NCBI RefSeq assembly: GCF_000737315.1
Contig: NZ_JMCB01000005.1
Coordinates: 310,001-374,000 of the forward strand
DNA length: 64,000 nt
Source: Hyalangium minutum
GTDB lineage: Bacteria; Myxococcota; Myxococcia; Myxococcales; Myxococcaceae
Reading direction: 5' to 3'
The translations under genes and the position numbers were made by a program. Each line of letters opens with the position of its first letter. Position 1 is the stretch's first letter. A model generated the notes under the pieces. It made no database searches. It saw nothing but the letters and a program-made list of their open reading frames with translations, and was not told where the DNA came from. Of the stretch, positions 50,260-59,594 are shown piece after piece.

Positions 50260-50654
50260 AGTTCTGGCGCTCACGGAGGAGCAGGGCCGGGCACCTGCTC
50301 GCGGAGGCACTCGTGGGGGGAGTCCTGCTCTCGCTGACGATTGCCGCGCTTGCGTCCGGAGAAGTGGCGGCCCGGCGGAGCCTGTCGCGCAGCATCGAGG
50401 ACCTGGAACTGGAGCGCGCCGCCACCGACCTGCTCGAGTCCTTGCGCGCACAGCCCCCAGGTTCGCCTGCGTGGACGTCTTCCTCTGGGGGTACCGTTCC
50501 AGGACATCCGGAGTGGGCCTGGACCATCACTCCCGAGTTCGTCGAGGACCGTGACGTGCGGGTGGGTTTCCCCCTGTTCCGCTACGTGCGCGCGAGGATC
50601 ACCCTCATCACCCCGCAGGGAAGGATCTTGGAGCGGGAGGCGTTGCGATGGTAG
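50256..50654 (+). CDS. Type IV minor pilin, PilV-like (divergent prepilin motif)
   Basis: RAG-HLLAEALVGGVLL; GTGA overlap with the previous gene. Confidence 0.65.
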   Translation: MKFWRSRRSRAGHLLAEALVGGVLLSLTIAALASGEVAARRSLSRSIEDLELERAATDLLESLRAQPPGSPAWTSSSGGTVPGHPEWAWTITPEFVEDRDVRVGFPLFRYVRARITLITPQGRILEREALRW

Positions 50655-51700
50655 CGCGCGGCTCCTCTCCGGCACGGCGGGGCTTCACGCTCGTTGAGGT
50701 GCTCGTTGCCAGCGCCGTGGGGTTGATCATCCTGACGGGAATGATGGGCTACCTGCTGCACCGCTCGCGGATGGATCATCAGGAGGCGCAGCTCGCCCGG
50801 CTCAAGCAGGACTCGAGTTTGGTGTTGGGCCAGCTTGGCCGGGAGCTGCGGCAAGCGGGCCTCGGGCGTCCCACGCGGGCCCGGAAGGATGGAGATCGCG
50901 AGCTCTTCCCAGGGCCTCTGCTTGTCGCGGACGCGACGTCGCTGGCCTTCGTGGCGGACCTGCCTCGGCCCGATGCGGATCTCAATGGCCTGTCTACCTT
51001 CGCCGCCAACCAGTTCGCACCTCCGATGCCCGATCGCGGAGTCGCCTTGCTCAACGAGCTGAACGGGAGCTGTGACGTGGACAGCTCGTTGCCCTCGGGC
51101 TGCCGGACGGATGAGGCCTCGCTGGTTCTTCCTTTTCCCGGGGTGGATTGCCGCAACTCGCCCTTCACCGCGCCCTCCTGCCCCTGGGGGCTCAAGAAGT
51201 ACCAACCCGGCGAGTGGCTCGTGCTGGTGGACGGAGTGGGACGGTGGGTGGAGCGCCAGGTGTCCTCGAACCTGTTCTCCAGCTCGGCGAGCCGCATCAC
51301 TCTGCAGCTCAACGAGCGGCTGCCCGCAGACTTCTTCGACGTGCCCAATCGCGGCTGGGTGGCCTCGATGGACCGCGTCTTCTACCGGCTTCGGGGCAAT
51401 ACCGTGGAGCGCAAGCAATGCTGGAATCCGGTTGGGAGCTTCGTGTCCGCGAGCACCTTCTCGCCCTGCAGCTCCTCTGCTGACGGCACGGCGTGGGAGC
51501 CGCTGCTGCGCACGGCTGTCCCCGGTGGACTCATGTTCCGGTACTTCGATGTGCAGGGCTTCGAGCTCACGCGTCTTCCTCTATCGGAGGAGGACCTCCG
51601 GCGGGTCCGGCGCGTGGAGGTGCGGATGAGCCTGAGCGCGCCCACCCAGCGAGCACCCGTCACCTATGACACCTTCACCTCCGTCGCATTGAGGCATTAG
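50648..51700 (+). CDS. Type IV minor pilin, PilW-like
   Basis: RRGFTLVEVLVASAVGL; L.RELRQAG; C-terminal VRRVEVRM. Confidence 0.85.
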   Translation: MVARGSSPARRGFTLVEVLVASAVGLIILTGMMGYLLHRSRMDHQEAQLARLKQDSSLVLGQLGRELRQAGLGRPTRARKDGDRELFPGPLLVADATSLAFVADLPRPDADLNGLSTFAANQFAPPMPDRGVALLNELNGSCDVDSSLPSGCRTDEASLVLPFPGVDCRNSPFTAPSCPWGLKKYQPGEWLVLVDGVGRWVERQVSSNLFSSSASRITLQLNERLPADFFDVPNRGWVASMDRVFYRLRGNTVERKQCWNPVGSFVSASTFSPCSSSADGTAWEPLLRTAVPGGLMFRYFDVQGFELTRLPLSEEDLRRVRRVEVRMSLSAPTQRAPVTYDTFTSVALRH

Positions 51701-51709
51701 GAGCCTCCG

Positions 51710-53530
51710 GTGCTTCCTCTCTCCTCCCGCCCCCCTCGCGGCTACATCCTGCTCGCCGTGATGCTGCTGTTGGCGGCGCTGGTGCTGCTCGTGGCGCTGG
51801 CGCAGCAACGGGCGGGGGATGAGGGGCTGACCGCCAACCGTGAGCGCAGTGAGGCCCAGGCGCGAGCCCTCGCCGAGGCGGGCCTGGAGCGCACGCGCGC
51901 GTATCTCGGAGAATTGTTGGCGCGAGATGTGGATCTCGATCGCGCCTTGGATCCCGGGCTGGATACCGACTGCCTCACGCTGCCGGCGCTCGGGGGCGTG
52001 ACATGGGATGACCACCTGCCGCCGTTCGCCGACAGCCAGCCCGTCACGGTCTCCTCCAGTGGCAGGGACTACCTGCGCGTGCTCGCCGATGAGGGCGCCG
52101 AGGGGGCGTACTTCGTCCGCATCGACGACAACGACGATGACGCACAGGACTCGATGCTCCTCAGCCCCGCCACCTCGAACAACCCGATCGGGAACTGTCT
52201 GGAGGGCCCTGTCCTGGGACCGCTGCGGGACAATCCCGTGAGGGACCGGGATGGAATGGTCTGGGTCACCGTTATCGGGGTTCACCCGGGGACGAGCCTC
52301 GAAGGCAATGACGCGCGCGTCACGCTGCGGGTGCTCGTGGGGCCCGGTGAGCCCGCCGGAATCATCGCGGGCGGCACCGTGAGGATGTCGGGCGCCGCGC
52401 ACGTGTGTGGCCCGTTCGGGGATGTGGTGGCGACGGGCTCGGTGGAGGGCGGGTGCCTGTGTGGGGCGGCCTGCTCGTCCGGGCCGTTCTGGAACGCGTG
52501 TGTCCAGGGGGAGGCGTGCATCGCGCAGGCTGGGGGCAGCATGTGCTCGGCCACTTCGGGCCGGGGGCCGGGGACCGAGGTGTGCGAGGCCGGTGTGTCC
52601 GTGCCCCCTCCACCCCGTGTGTCCGCATGGGATGTCACCAACGCTCCCCTGGACTGCACGGGGGCTCCTTGCTTGCCCTTCTATTACCTGCGGCTCGACG
52701 AGGGGGCGGCTCAGGCGCGGCTGTACGGGTGGAGCTACAGCGCCTGCCACTCGCCGCGCTCGGCGCCTCGCGTGTGCAGCCCCGCGGACTGCCCGACGTG
52801 CTGGGTGTTGCTCGATGCCAACACCCAGAACGAGCCGATGGGCATCTCCCTGTCGCACGCGGATCCGGGGCTCCGGAATCCGAGCCCCTCGGTTACCATT
52901 CCCGGGGCCCGCGCGCCCCGGGTGTGGCTCGCGGATGGGAGTGGCGGTTTTCGCTCGGGAAGCGGCTCCTGTGATGCGGGGGACACCGCGCTCTATCCCG
53001 GCACCACGGGTTTCGGGCGGCGCGATGTGCGCAACGTCTGGTTCGAGTACTTTCCTGAGTCGGCGGCCACGCCGCTGCCTCGGGGCGTCTGGTTCGTGGA
53101 GGGCAACGTGCGCTTCCGGAGTGCCGGAACTCCGAGCTGCGCGGCGCTCCAGGCTGATCCCACGTACAGCGCGAGCATCATCGCCACGGGCAGCATCGTG
53201 CACGAGGCGGGGCTGATCTCCTTGCGTCCCGCGAGCCCCAAGGGGGTCGTGTTGCTCGCTGGCAGGGATCTGGTGATGCGCGGAGCCCAGTCGCGCGTGC
53301 TGACCTGCGGTACCAGCGCGGCGGTGATGGTGCACGAGCAGGTGGTGATGGGCGGCGACTCGCATGTGGAGGCGCAGCTCGTGGCGGAGAATGCGTCCAC
53401 GTGCGACGCCGAGGTGGTGGGGGAGGCCGTGCAGATGAGTGGTTCCGCGACCGTGGCCGTGCCGCAGTTTCCCCCGGTGCCCGCAGGGCCGCCCTTGCGC
53501 GTGCGGCTCCAGTCCGAGTCCACGCACTGA
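51710..53530 (+). CDS. PilX/GspK-like pilin with large Cys-rich C-terminal domain
   Basis: RGYILLAVMLLL (no Glu5), QARALAEAGLE, acidic DDNDDDAQD loop, many Cys. Confidence 0.78.
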   Translation: MLPLSSRPPRGYILLAVMLLLAALVLLVALAQQRAGDEGLTANRERSEAQARALAEAGLERTRAYLGELLARDVDLDRALDPGLDTDCLTLPALGGVTWDDHLPPFADSQPVTVSSSGRDYLRVLADEGAEGAYFVRIDDNDDDAQDSMLLSPATSNNPIGNCLEGPVLGPLRDNPVRDRDGMVWVTVIGVHPGTSLEGNDARVTLRVLVGPGEPAGIIAGGTVRMSGAAHVCGPFGDVVATGSVEGGCLCGAACSSGPFWNACVQGEACIAQAGGSMCSATSGRGPGTEVCEAGVSVPPPPRVSAWDVTNAPLDCTGAPCLPFYYLRLDEGAAQARLYGWSYSACHSPRSAPRVCSPADCPTCWVLLDANTQNEPMGISLSHADPGLRNPSPSVTIPGARAPRVWLADGSGGFRSGSGSCDAGDTALYPGTTGFGRRDVRNVWFEYFPESAATPLPRGVWFVEGNVRFRSAGTPSCAALQADPTYSASIIATGSIVHEAGLISLRPASPKGVVLLAGRDLVMRGAQSRVLTCGTSAAVMVHEQVVMGGDSHVEAQLVAENASTCDAEVVGEAVQMSGSATVAVPQFPPVPAGPPLRVRLQSESTH

Positions 53531-53678
53531 GCACCGGGTGAGCACCCGTTGTGCACCGGCCTGCACAGAGCGGGTGTGCACCGCGTCATCGCGGTGTCAC
53601 ATCTGAGCGGGCTGGGGATACAAGTGCCCGGGACTTCTAGGGCTTTGGGGTGGCACGGCGGTTGTTAGAGGCAGGGGT

Positions 53679-56600
53679 ATGTATTGCCCTCAATGTCAGC
53701 AGGAGCGCCTCGGTGGTCGGCGGTGCATCCTCTGCGGCGGCGCGATGACGCTGCGTCCCCGGGATGCGTTGGAGAAGGAGCTGGACCACATCCACTTCCT
53801 CCTGAGCGAGCTGAAGCGGTGGGATCCCATCGAAGTACCCAACGGCGCGCGCGGTTACATCTCCCAGCGCTATGAGCGCCAGACGCGGGTGCTGCTCTCC
53901 GTGCTGGCGGAGACTTTCAAGGGTGCTTCGGCGGTTGAGGCGCCCGTCGTTCCGTCCGAGCCTGTGGCGGTGGTGCAGCCCGAGCCTGTGATGACGGCTG
54001 CGGCGGTGGAGACTGCGCCTGTCATTGTGCCGCCTGAGCTCGTGACCGTGGAGGCGCCCGTGGTGCCGGTGCGCGAGGCTCCGCGGAGCCGGCGGCCGCA
54101 GCCCCAGCATCCGGCTCCAGCGCCCAAGGCCGAGGAGCTGCTGCCTCCGGTCACCACCGAGCCCCTCTTCGAGGCGCCTCCCGTGCGGACCATCGCCGCT
54201 CGCGTGGTGGAGGAGACCTCGACGTGGGACCGTCTCTGGCGCCCCTTCCTCTACGAGAGCATCGCCTGGTTCCTCGGCGCGTTCCTCATCCTCGCGGGCA
54301 CCTTGTATTTTGTCTTCGAGAGCTGGGCGGGCATGGGTTCGCTCTCGCGCTCGCTGGTCGTGTTCGGGATGACGGCTTTCTATTCGGTGGGCTTCTCCGC
54401 GTGGGGCGCCTTCCTGACGCGGCGGGCGGAGCTGCGCAACGCGGGCCGCATCCTCGGCATCATCGGTTCGGCCGTGGCGCCGCTCGCGGGCCTCGCGCTC
54501 GGGCCTCTGGGGGGGATGGCCCTGGGAGCGGGGCTGCAGCTCGAAGGGGTTCAGCCGGCGCTCCTCGTGCCGTTGCTGCTGGGGTGGTCGGTCTGTGCCG
54601 CAGTGATGGTGCGGCGGCCCGCCGAGGCGCTCGATGCGTCCTCCCGGCCGCTCATTCAGTGGGCCATGGTGGGGACCACTCTCATGATGGGGCTGGCGCC
54701 GCTCGCCGCACAGCTCGGGGCTCCGGCCCTGTGGCTGAACGCGCTGCCCTGTGCGCTGTTCTTCGTGCTGTCCCGGCAGACTCCCGCTGTGCCTCGCCGA
54801 GGCTCCGCGTTCGTCTTCGTGCTGGGGGCGCCGCTCTACCTGCTCGCGCTGTATGCGATCCGCCTGCACCTGGCGCTCGTGGTGGCGGGGACTCCTCCCT
54901 CGCTTGGCACCTATGCCCCGTTCATCGCCTTCCTGCTCGCCACCTGCCTGGCATTCCGTGAGGTCCGGGAGGAGCAGGCGGCGGATTCGCTCTCGGTCGG
55001 AGTGGCGGCGCTCCAGGTGGGGTGCCTCGTGCTCGCGGGGACCGGTGCGGCCCCGGCCTTCTTCGTCACCTCGGCCGTGTTCACGTGGACCGTGTACCGG
55101 CTGTCGCTCGGGTCGCTCGCGCGGCTGCGCTGGCTCTATCCCGCGTACTTCGGGGCTTATCTCGCCTACGGCTCCAGCAGTCAGCTCATCCCGGGGTTCG
55201 TCGAGACGCTCATCCAGGCCATCAAGACTCGGCTCGGCTATCCGTCCGCCGAGTCCCTGCCGTTCCAGTTCGGTGCGCTGACCGCGCTGCCCTTCATCCT
55301 CGTGGGCGTGGGGCTCGCGCACTGGCTGATGGCCCGTGCGGAGCGGAGTGGGGGAGCGCGCGAGGCTGGCATCGCGGAGGTGCTCCTGCGGTCCACGGCG
55401 GTGGCCAGCGTCGTCTTCCTGCTCCTGGCGCACCTCGGCCCCGATCAGCGCCCGGCCTTCTGGAGTGCGTTGGCTCTGGCCTCCATTTGTGTCGCCAGCG
55501 GCCTGTGGTTCGAGCGCGTCTATCTCTCTGCCGTGGGCGCCTGTGTGACGGTGGTCCTGCCGTTCGCGGCGCATGGGCTCTATGGCCCGGCCCTGGCGTC
55601 GGTGGTGTGCGGTGTGCCGGCGCTGGTGTTCGCGGTACTGGTCAGCCTGCACGCCCGCCCCACGCGCCTCATCTTCAGTAGCGCGGTGGGCCTGCTCTCG
55701 CTTGCGGGCTTCATCCTCGGCCTCAGCGCGGGCCATGGCACGACGGCGGCCTTCGGCATCGGGCTCTCGGGCGCGGCCGCGCTCCTGGCCACCTGGTTCC
55801 TGGCGGATCCGCGGCTCATCGCCGTGGCGGGGACCGTGCTCGCCGCCGCGGCTCCTAAGTTGGCCGCCACCTATGCGCCGCACGCTCACGGAACGCTGGA
55901 GGCCGTGTCTCCTGCCCTGGTGCTCATGGCGCTCGCCCTGGCTGGGTTGGGTGAGCTGAAGGGCCGCCTGCGGCTGCTCGGCGTGCCCGGCATCCTCTAT
56001 GCCTTCTTGGCTGTGGCTGTGGCCATTGAGCAGCAGACGCCTGTGCTCGGTGTCATCCTCCTGGCCTCCGCGGCGGCGGTGCTCATCGCCTCGCGCACCT
56101 TCCCAGCGGTGCGGCCGGTGGCGGTGCTTGCGGCGGGGATGGCGCTCCTGCCCGCCTTCCCGGGTTCCTTCGTCCCGTGGTCCTGGATGACGCCGGAGTT
56201 GTCCGTCGGGCTGATCATCCTCTGGGCCTTGGGCGCCTCGGTGGTGACCGCTCGGTGGGGCCGCAGCCCGAGCACGGTCGTGGCTGGCGTCGTGGCGCTG
56301 CTCATGGCGGCCGCCCCGGCGTTGGCGGTGGGGTCTCTGCAAGCTTCCTCGGGGCTGTTGCTGGGCGCGGGTATGGCGGCGCTCCTCACGGCCCGTGCGC
56401 TGCATCCGTCCGTCAGCATCCTCGTGGCGGCGGGCTATGCCGGGCTGGGGTTCGAGTCGTCTCCTTATGGCCTGCTCGGGCTGGCGGCCCTCCTGAGCGT
56501 CATGGCGCTCCTGGAGCAGTGGCGCGCTGTGTCCTCCGTGTTGGCCGGGGAGCGGCGCTTCGCGCTTGTGGCCACCCTGTGCTCGGCGTTCCTCCTGGGC

Positions 56601-59102
56601 AGTGCCATGGTCATCTGGGGCATCCGGCCTACTGGGTTCCTGATGGCGGCCGTCCTGGTGCTGCCGTTGCTGTGGACTCGTGCCACCCGTCAGCCCGTCT
56701 TCATGGCGCTCGGGGCGTTGGTCACCGCGGGGGCCTTGCGCGTGGCGTCTCCTGACCCTGGATTCGCTCCCGCGCTGCCGCTCCTGGCGCTCCTGATTGT
56801 TCGGGCCGTGGCCCATCTGCCGGCCGCGCGCTCGCTGCTGTTCGGCTCTGAGGCCGATGACAAGCCCGTGCTGGCGCTCTCCCGGTGGATGCAGCGCACG
56901 CTGCCCCTGCTCGGCGTGGCGATGTGGATGGCAGACTGGGGTGCCCTCTCCTTGAGTGTGCTGGTGGCGGCGCTTGTGCTGATGCCGGGGCCTCGGGCTT
57001 CGATCCGCCTGACTGTGGGCACGGTGATGCTCGCCTTCGTCCTCCCGGCCTGTCCCACGGCGACGGTGCTGCTGCTGGCGCTCGCCGTGCTCGAGCACCA
57101 CCGTCCGGCCTGGGTCGCCGCGTTCTTCCGGGCCGCTCCGGACCCGGCGCTGCGCTCCCGCGCGACCCTGGGCGCGATCTTCCTCATCACCGTGGCCACG
57201 CTCTTCGTGAAGGCTCCGGGAGGCTTCGCGGCGGTGGCGGGTGTCCTCTTCCTGGCGGCGTTCCTCCTGTCCACGGGCTGGCTGCTCACTGCGGCCGTCG
57301 CCGTGCTGGGCATCAGCGCCTTCGGGGACATGAGCTACGGGTTCCCCCACCGGACACCCATGACGGCGCTCATCTTGGTGGCCGTGGCGCTGGGGGCTGC
57401 CGTGCTGTCCGCGCTGTGCCAGTCCGGCCGTGTCCAGCGCGCTCTCTCTGCCGCAGCGGCGAAGGTGCTCCCGCGTCTGGAGGAGACCTGGAGTGAGCCG
57501 CTGTGGGCCGGTGGTGCCCTCACGCTCGCGGGGCTGTTGGCGTTCAGTCTGTTCGAGGGCGGTCCGGGAGCGCTGCCGATGCCCGTGGCGGTGCTCGCGG
57601 GGCTGACGGCGCTCGTGCTCATGATCACCCGTGAGGAGTGGATGGCTTTTGCCGCCACCGCGCTGCTCGGTGGAGTGCTCGTGGCCTCGGTGCCGCCGCT
57701 CTGGATTCCCGTGGTCGTGGGAGGCACGGGGCTTGCCCTCTGCCTGGCGGGCACGGAGCTGGAGTCGCGCGAGTTCCACATGGGCCGCGCGCTCCACCAT
57801 GGTGGGTGGATCCTCTCGCTGCTGGCGCTCTGTGGGCTCGGGAGCCTGCGCCACATCAGCGCCCCGCTGAGCTTCGCGCTGGCGACGGGGGCTGCGTGGG
57901 CCGTGGTGCACCGCCGCCGGGAGCGTGAGGTGGTGGGCTGGCTCGCCACGTTCGTCTTCGGCCACGTGCTGGTCGCGTTCCTGGGCGCGGTGTTCTCCAG
58001 CGGCCACGGCCAGGAGTTCATCCTCCCCCACCTGGGCGCGGCGACCGCGGTGCTTGCCACGCTGGCGCTGTCGCTCGCGGGGCAGAACGTGCGCAGGAGC
58101 GTCGGGCACCTGTTCACGGCTGTGGCGCTCCTCGAGGTGCTCCTGGGACTGTTGCTGGTGGATGGGACGACGGGCGCGTTGCGCGAGGCGCTCGTGGTGG
58201 GCGCGGGGGTCATCGTCCTGCTGGGCGCGTTGGTCCGCCGCGCCGTCGAGGAGGAGGACGAGCTCTCCGCGTACTTCGCGCAGGGGGCCGTGGCGCTGGG
58301 GTATCTCGGCGCCCGGTTGCTCGGCATGGGCGTGGGGGGCCTGAGCGGGACGGACAGCCTTGTGGGGCTCGTGGGCGGTGCGATCTTCTCCGGCCTCTAT
58401 GTCTTCACCCAGCGCGAGGGCTCGGGGCTCCCGGCCTTCCGCCGCCCCGCGCTGTTCGGCGCCTTCCTGTTCCCGCTGGCCGGTCTGCTCACCGCGCCCT
58501 GGGACCAGCCGATGTACGCCGCAGCCCTGCTCGTGGGGCATGCCGCGCACTTCGCCGCGCTCGCCGCGCACCCGTCCCGCCGGACCTTGGCCTCCCTGGC
58601 GTCCGCCGTGGCCTTCAACGCGGCCCTGCTCGTCGTCTGGGCCGGTACCGGCCGCGGCGAGCCGCAGTTCTACGTCATTCCCGCGGGCCTCTCGCTGCTG
58701 GTGCTGCTGCGCGTCTTCCGGGACTCGCTCGAGGCCGACACGGCGGCGAAGCTGCGCGCCGTCGCGGTGACGATCATCTATGTGGCTGGCGCCTGGAAGC
58801 CGCTGATGTTCAGCGATGCCCCGTCAATGATGCTGTGCGTGCTGATCTGTTTGCTCGGAGTGGCAGCAGGCATCGCGCTGCGCATCCGCTCCTACGTGTA
58901 CCTGGGCTCCGCGTTCCTGGTGACGTGCATCGCCGCCAACCTCGCTCGCTTCGGCATGAGGGACCACCGCATCGGCGCGGCGTTTCTCACGCTCATGGGT
59001 CTCATGGTGGTGGGCTTCATGGTGGTGCTCAGCGCGCACCGCGAGCGGCTGCTCCTGAGGTACGCGAGGGTGCGTTCGCTGCTGGCAACGTGGGAAGGAT
59101 GA
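53679..59102 (+). CDS. Very large polytopic membrane protein (1807 aa) with N-terminal zinc ribbon
   Basis: CPQC..CILC, Pro/Glu/Val linker, FLYESIAWFLGAFLILAG, then dozens of hydrophobic helices. Confidence 0.85.
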   Translation: MYCPQCQQERLGGRRCILCGGAMTLRPRDALEKELDHIHFLLSELKRWDPIEVPNGARGYISQRYERQTRVLLSVLAETFKGASAVEAPVVPSEPVAVVQPEPVMTAAAVETAPVIVPPELVTVEAPVVPVREAPRSRRPQPQHPAPAPKAEELLPPVTTEPLFEAPPVRTIAARVVEETSTWDRLWRPFLYESIAWFLGAFLILAGTLYFVFESWAGMGSLSRSLVVFGMTAFYSVGFSAWGAFLTRRAELRNAGRILGIIGSAVAPLAGLALGPLGGMALGAGLQLEGVQPALLVPLLLGWSVCAAVMVRRPAEALDASSRPLIQWAMVGTTLMMGLAPLAAQLGAPALWLNALPCALFFVLSRQTPAVPRRGSAFVFVLGAPLYLLALYAIRLHLALVVAGTPPSLGTYAPFIAFLLATCLAFREVREEQAADSLSVGVAALQVGCLVLAGTGAAPAFFVTSAVFTWTVYRLSLGSLARLRWLYPAYFGAYLAYGSSSQLIPGFVETLIQAIKTRLGYPSAESLPFQFGALTALPFILVGVGLAHWLMARAERSGGAREAGIAEVLLRSTAVASVVFLLLAHLGPDQRPAFWSALALASICVASGLWFERVYLSAVGACVTVVLPFAAHGLYGPALASVVCGVPALVFAVLVSLHARPTRLIFSSAVGLLSLAGFILGLSAGHGTTAAFGIGLSGAAALLATWFLADPRLIAVAGTVLAAAAPKLAATYAPHAHGTLEAVSPALVLMALALAGLGELKGRLRLLGVPGILYAFLAVAVAIEQQTPVLGVILLASAAAVLIASRTFPAVRPVAVLAAGMALLPAFPGSFVPWSWMTPELSVGLIILWALGASVVTARWGRSPSTVVAGVVALLMAAAPALAVGSLQASSGLLLGAGMAALLTARALHPSVSILVAAGYAGLGFESSPYGLLGLAALLSVMALLEQWRAVSSVLAGERRFALVATLCSAFLLGSAMVIWGIRPTGFLMAAVLVLPLLWTRATRQPVFMALGALVTAGALRVASPDPGFAPALPLLALLIVRAVAHLPAARSLLFGSEADDKPVLALSRWMQRTLPLLGVAMWMADWGALSLSVLVAALVLMPGPRASIRLTVGTVMLAFVLPACPTATVLLLALAVLEHHRPAWVAAFFRAAPDPALRSRATLGAIFLITVATLFVKAPGGFAAVAGVLFLAAFLLSTGWLLTAAVAVLGISAFGDMSYGFPHRTPMTALILVAVALGAAVLSALCQSGRVQRALSAAAAKVLPRLEETWSEPLWAGGALTLAGLLAFSLFEGGPGALPMPVAVLAGLTALVLMITREEWMAFAATALLGGVLVASVPPLWIPVVVGGTGLALCLAGTELESREFHMGRALHHGGWILSLLALCGLGSLRHISAPLSFALATGAAWAVVHRRREREVVGWLATFVFGHVLVAFLGAVFSSGHGQEFILPHLGAATAVLATLALSLAGQNVRRSVGHLFTAVALLEVLLGLLLVDGTTGALREALVVGAGVIVLLGALVRRAVEEEDELSAYFAQGAVALGYLGARLLGMGVGGLSGTDSLVGLVGGAIFSGLYVFTQREGSGLPAFRRPALFGAFLFPLAGLLTAPWDQPMYAAALLVGHAAHFAALAAHPSRRTLASLASAVAFNAALLVVWAGTGRGEPQFYVIPAGLSLLVLLRVFRDSLEADTAAKLRAVAVTIIYVAGAWKPLMFSDAPSMMLCVLICLLGVAAGIALRIRSYVYLGSAFLVTCIAANLARFGMRDHRIGAAFLTLMGLMVVGFMVVLSAHRERLLLRYARVRSLLATWEG

Positions 59103-59172
59103 CGCGTGAAAAGGGACACGCTGCGAGTGTGTGGGTTTGTAGCCCCTGCCCTCGGAATCGTATGGAGAGGGC

Positions 59173-59577
59173 ATGCGAATCCTCATGCTCGTGGGTGTCC
59201 TGTTGTTGTCTCAGGCCTGCGTGGTCGTCCCGGCGCGGCGCGCACCGGGCTCACCTCCGCCTCCGCCCCCCTCGAGGGCGATGAACTATGACGAGGCCGT
59301 GGGGCTCGGGTTCCAGTTCTGCCGGTCGCGCGGATACGACTGCCAGCTCAAGGAGGCCCACATGACGGGCAACGACGTGTGGAAGGTGAAGTTCCGCGCG
59401 TTCGCGTCCGGTGCCAAGGGCCATGTGCACCTCGACTATCAGGCGTACTCGCGCGCGCTGCTCCGCGTCGATGAGAAGGTGAAGGCCAAGGGCGGCGGCC
59501 GCGGTGACGATGACTGGGACGATGATGATGGCCGCGGGCGCGGCAAGAAGAGGGGCCACGCCAAGTGGGATGACTGA
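59173..59577 (+). CDS. Small lipoprotein with acidic/basic tail
   Basis: Lipobox-like LSQAC, poly-Pro linker, DDDWDDDDGRGRGKKRGH tail. Confidence 0.8.
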   Translation: MRILMLVGVLLLSQACVVVPARRAPGSPPPPPPSRAMNYDEAVGLGFQFCRSRGYDCQLKEAHMTGNDVWKVKFRAFASGAKGHVHLDYQAYSRALLRVDEKVKAKGGGRGDDDWDDDDGRGRGKKRGHAKWDD

Positions 59578-59594
59578 CGCAGGCTTGCGTCAGT
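59573..59594. terminator. Hairpin spanning both convergent stop codons
   Basis: ACTGACGCA-GGCT-TGCGTCAGT perfect 9-bp stem. Confidence 0.5.

Noticed and set aside
53544-53598. Two small hairpins between the pilX-like gene and the membrane protein gene
   Set aside because: Probably terminator or chance GC-rich pairing; no repeat copies found elsewhere in the window.
53637-58571. 1644-aa minus-strand ORF
   Set aside because: Antisense shadow of the membrane protein (Arg/His/Gln-rich mirror translation).
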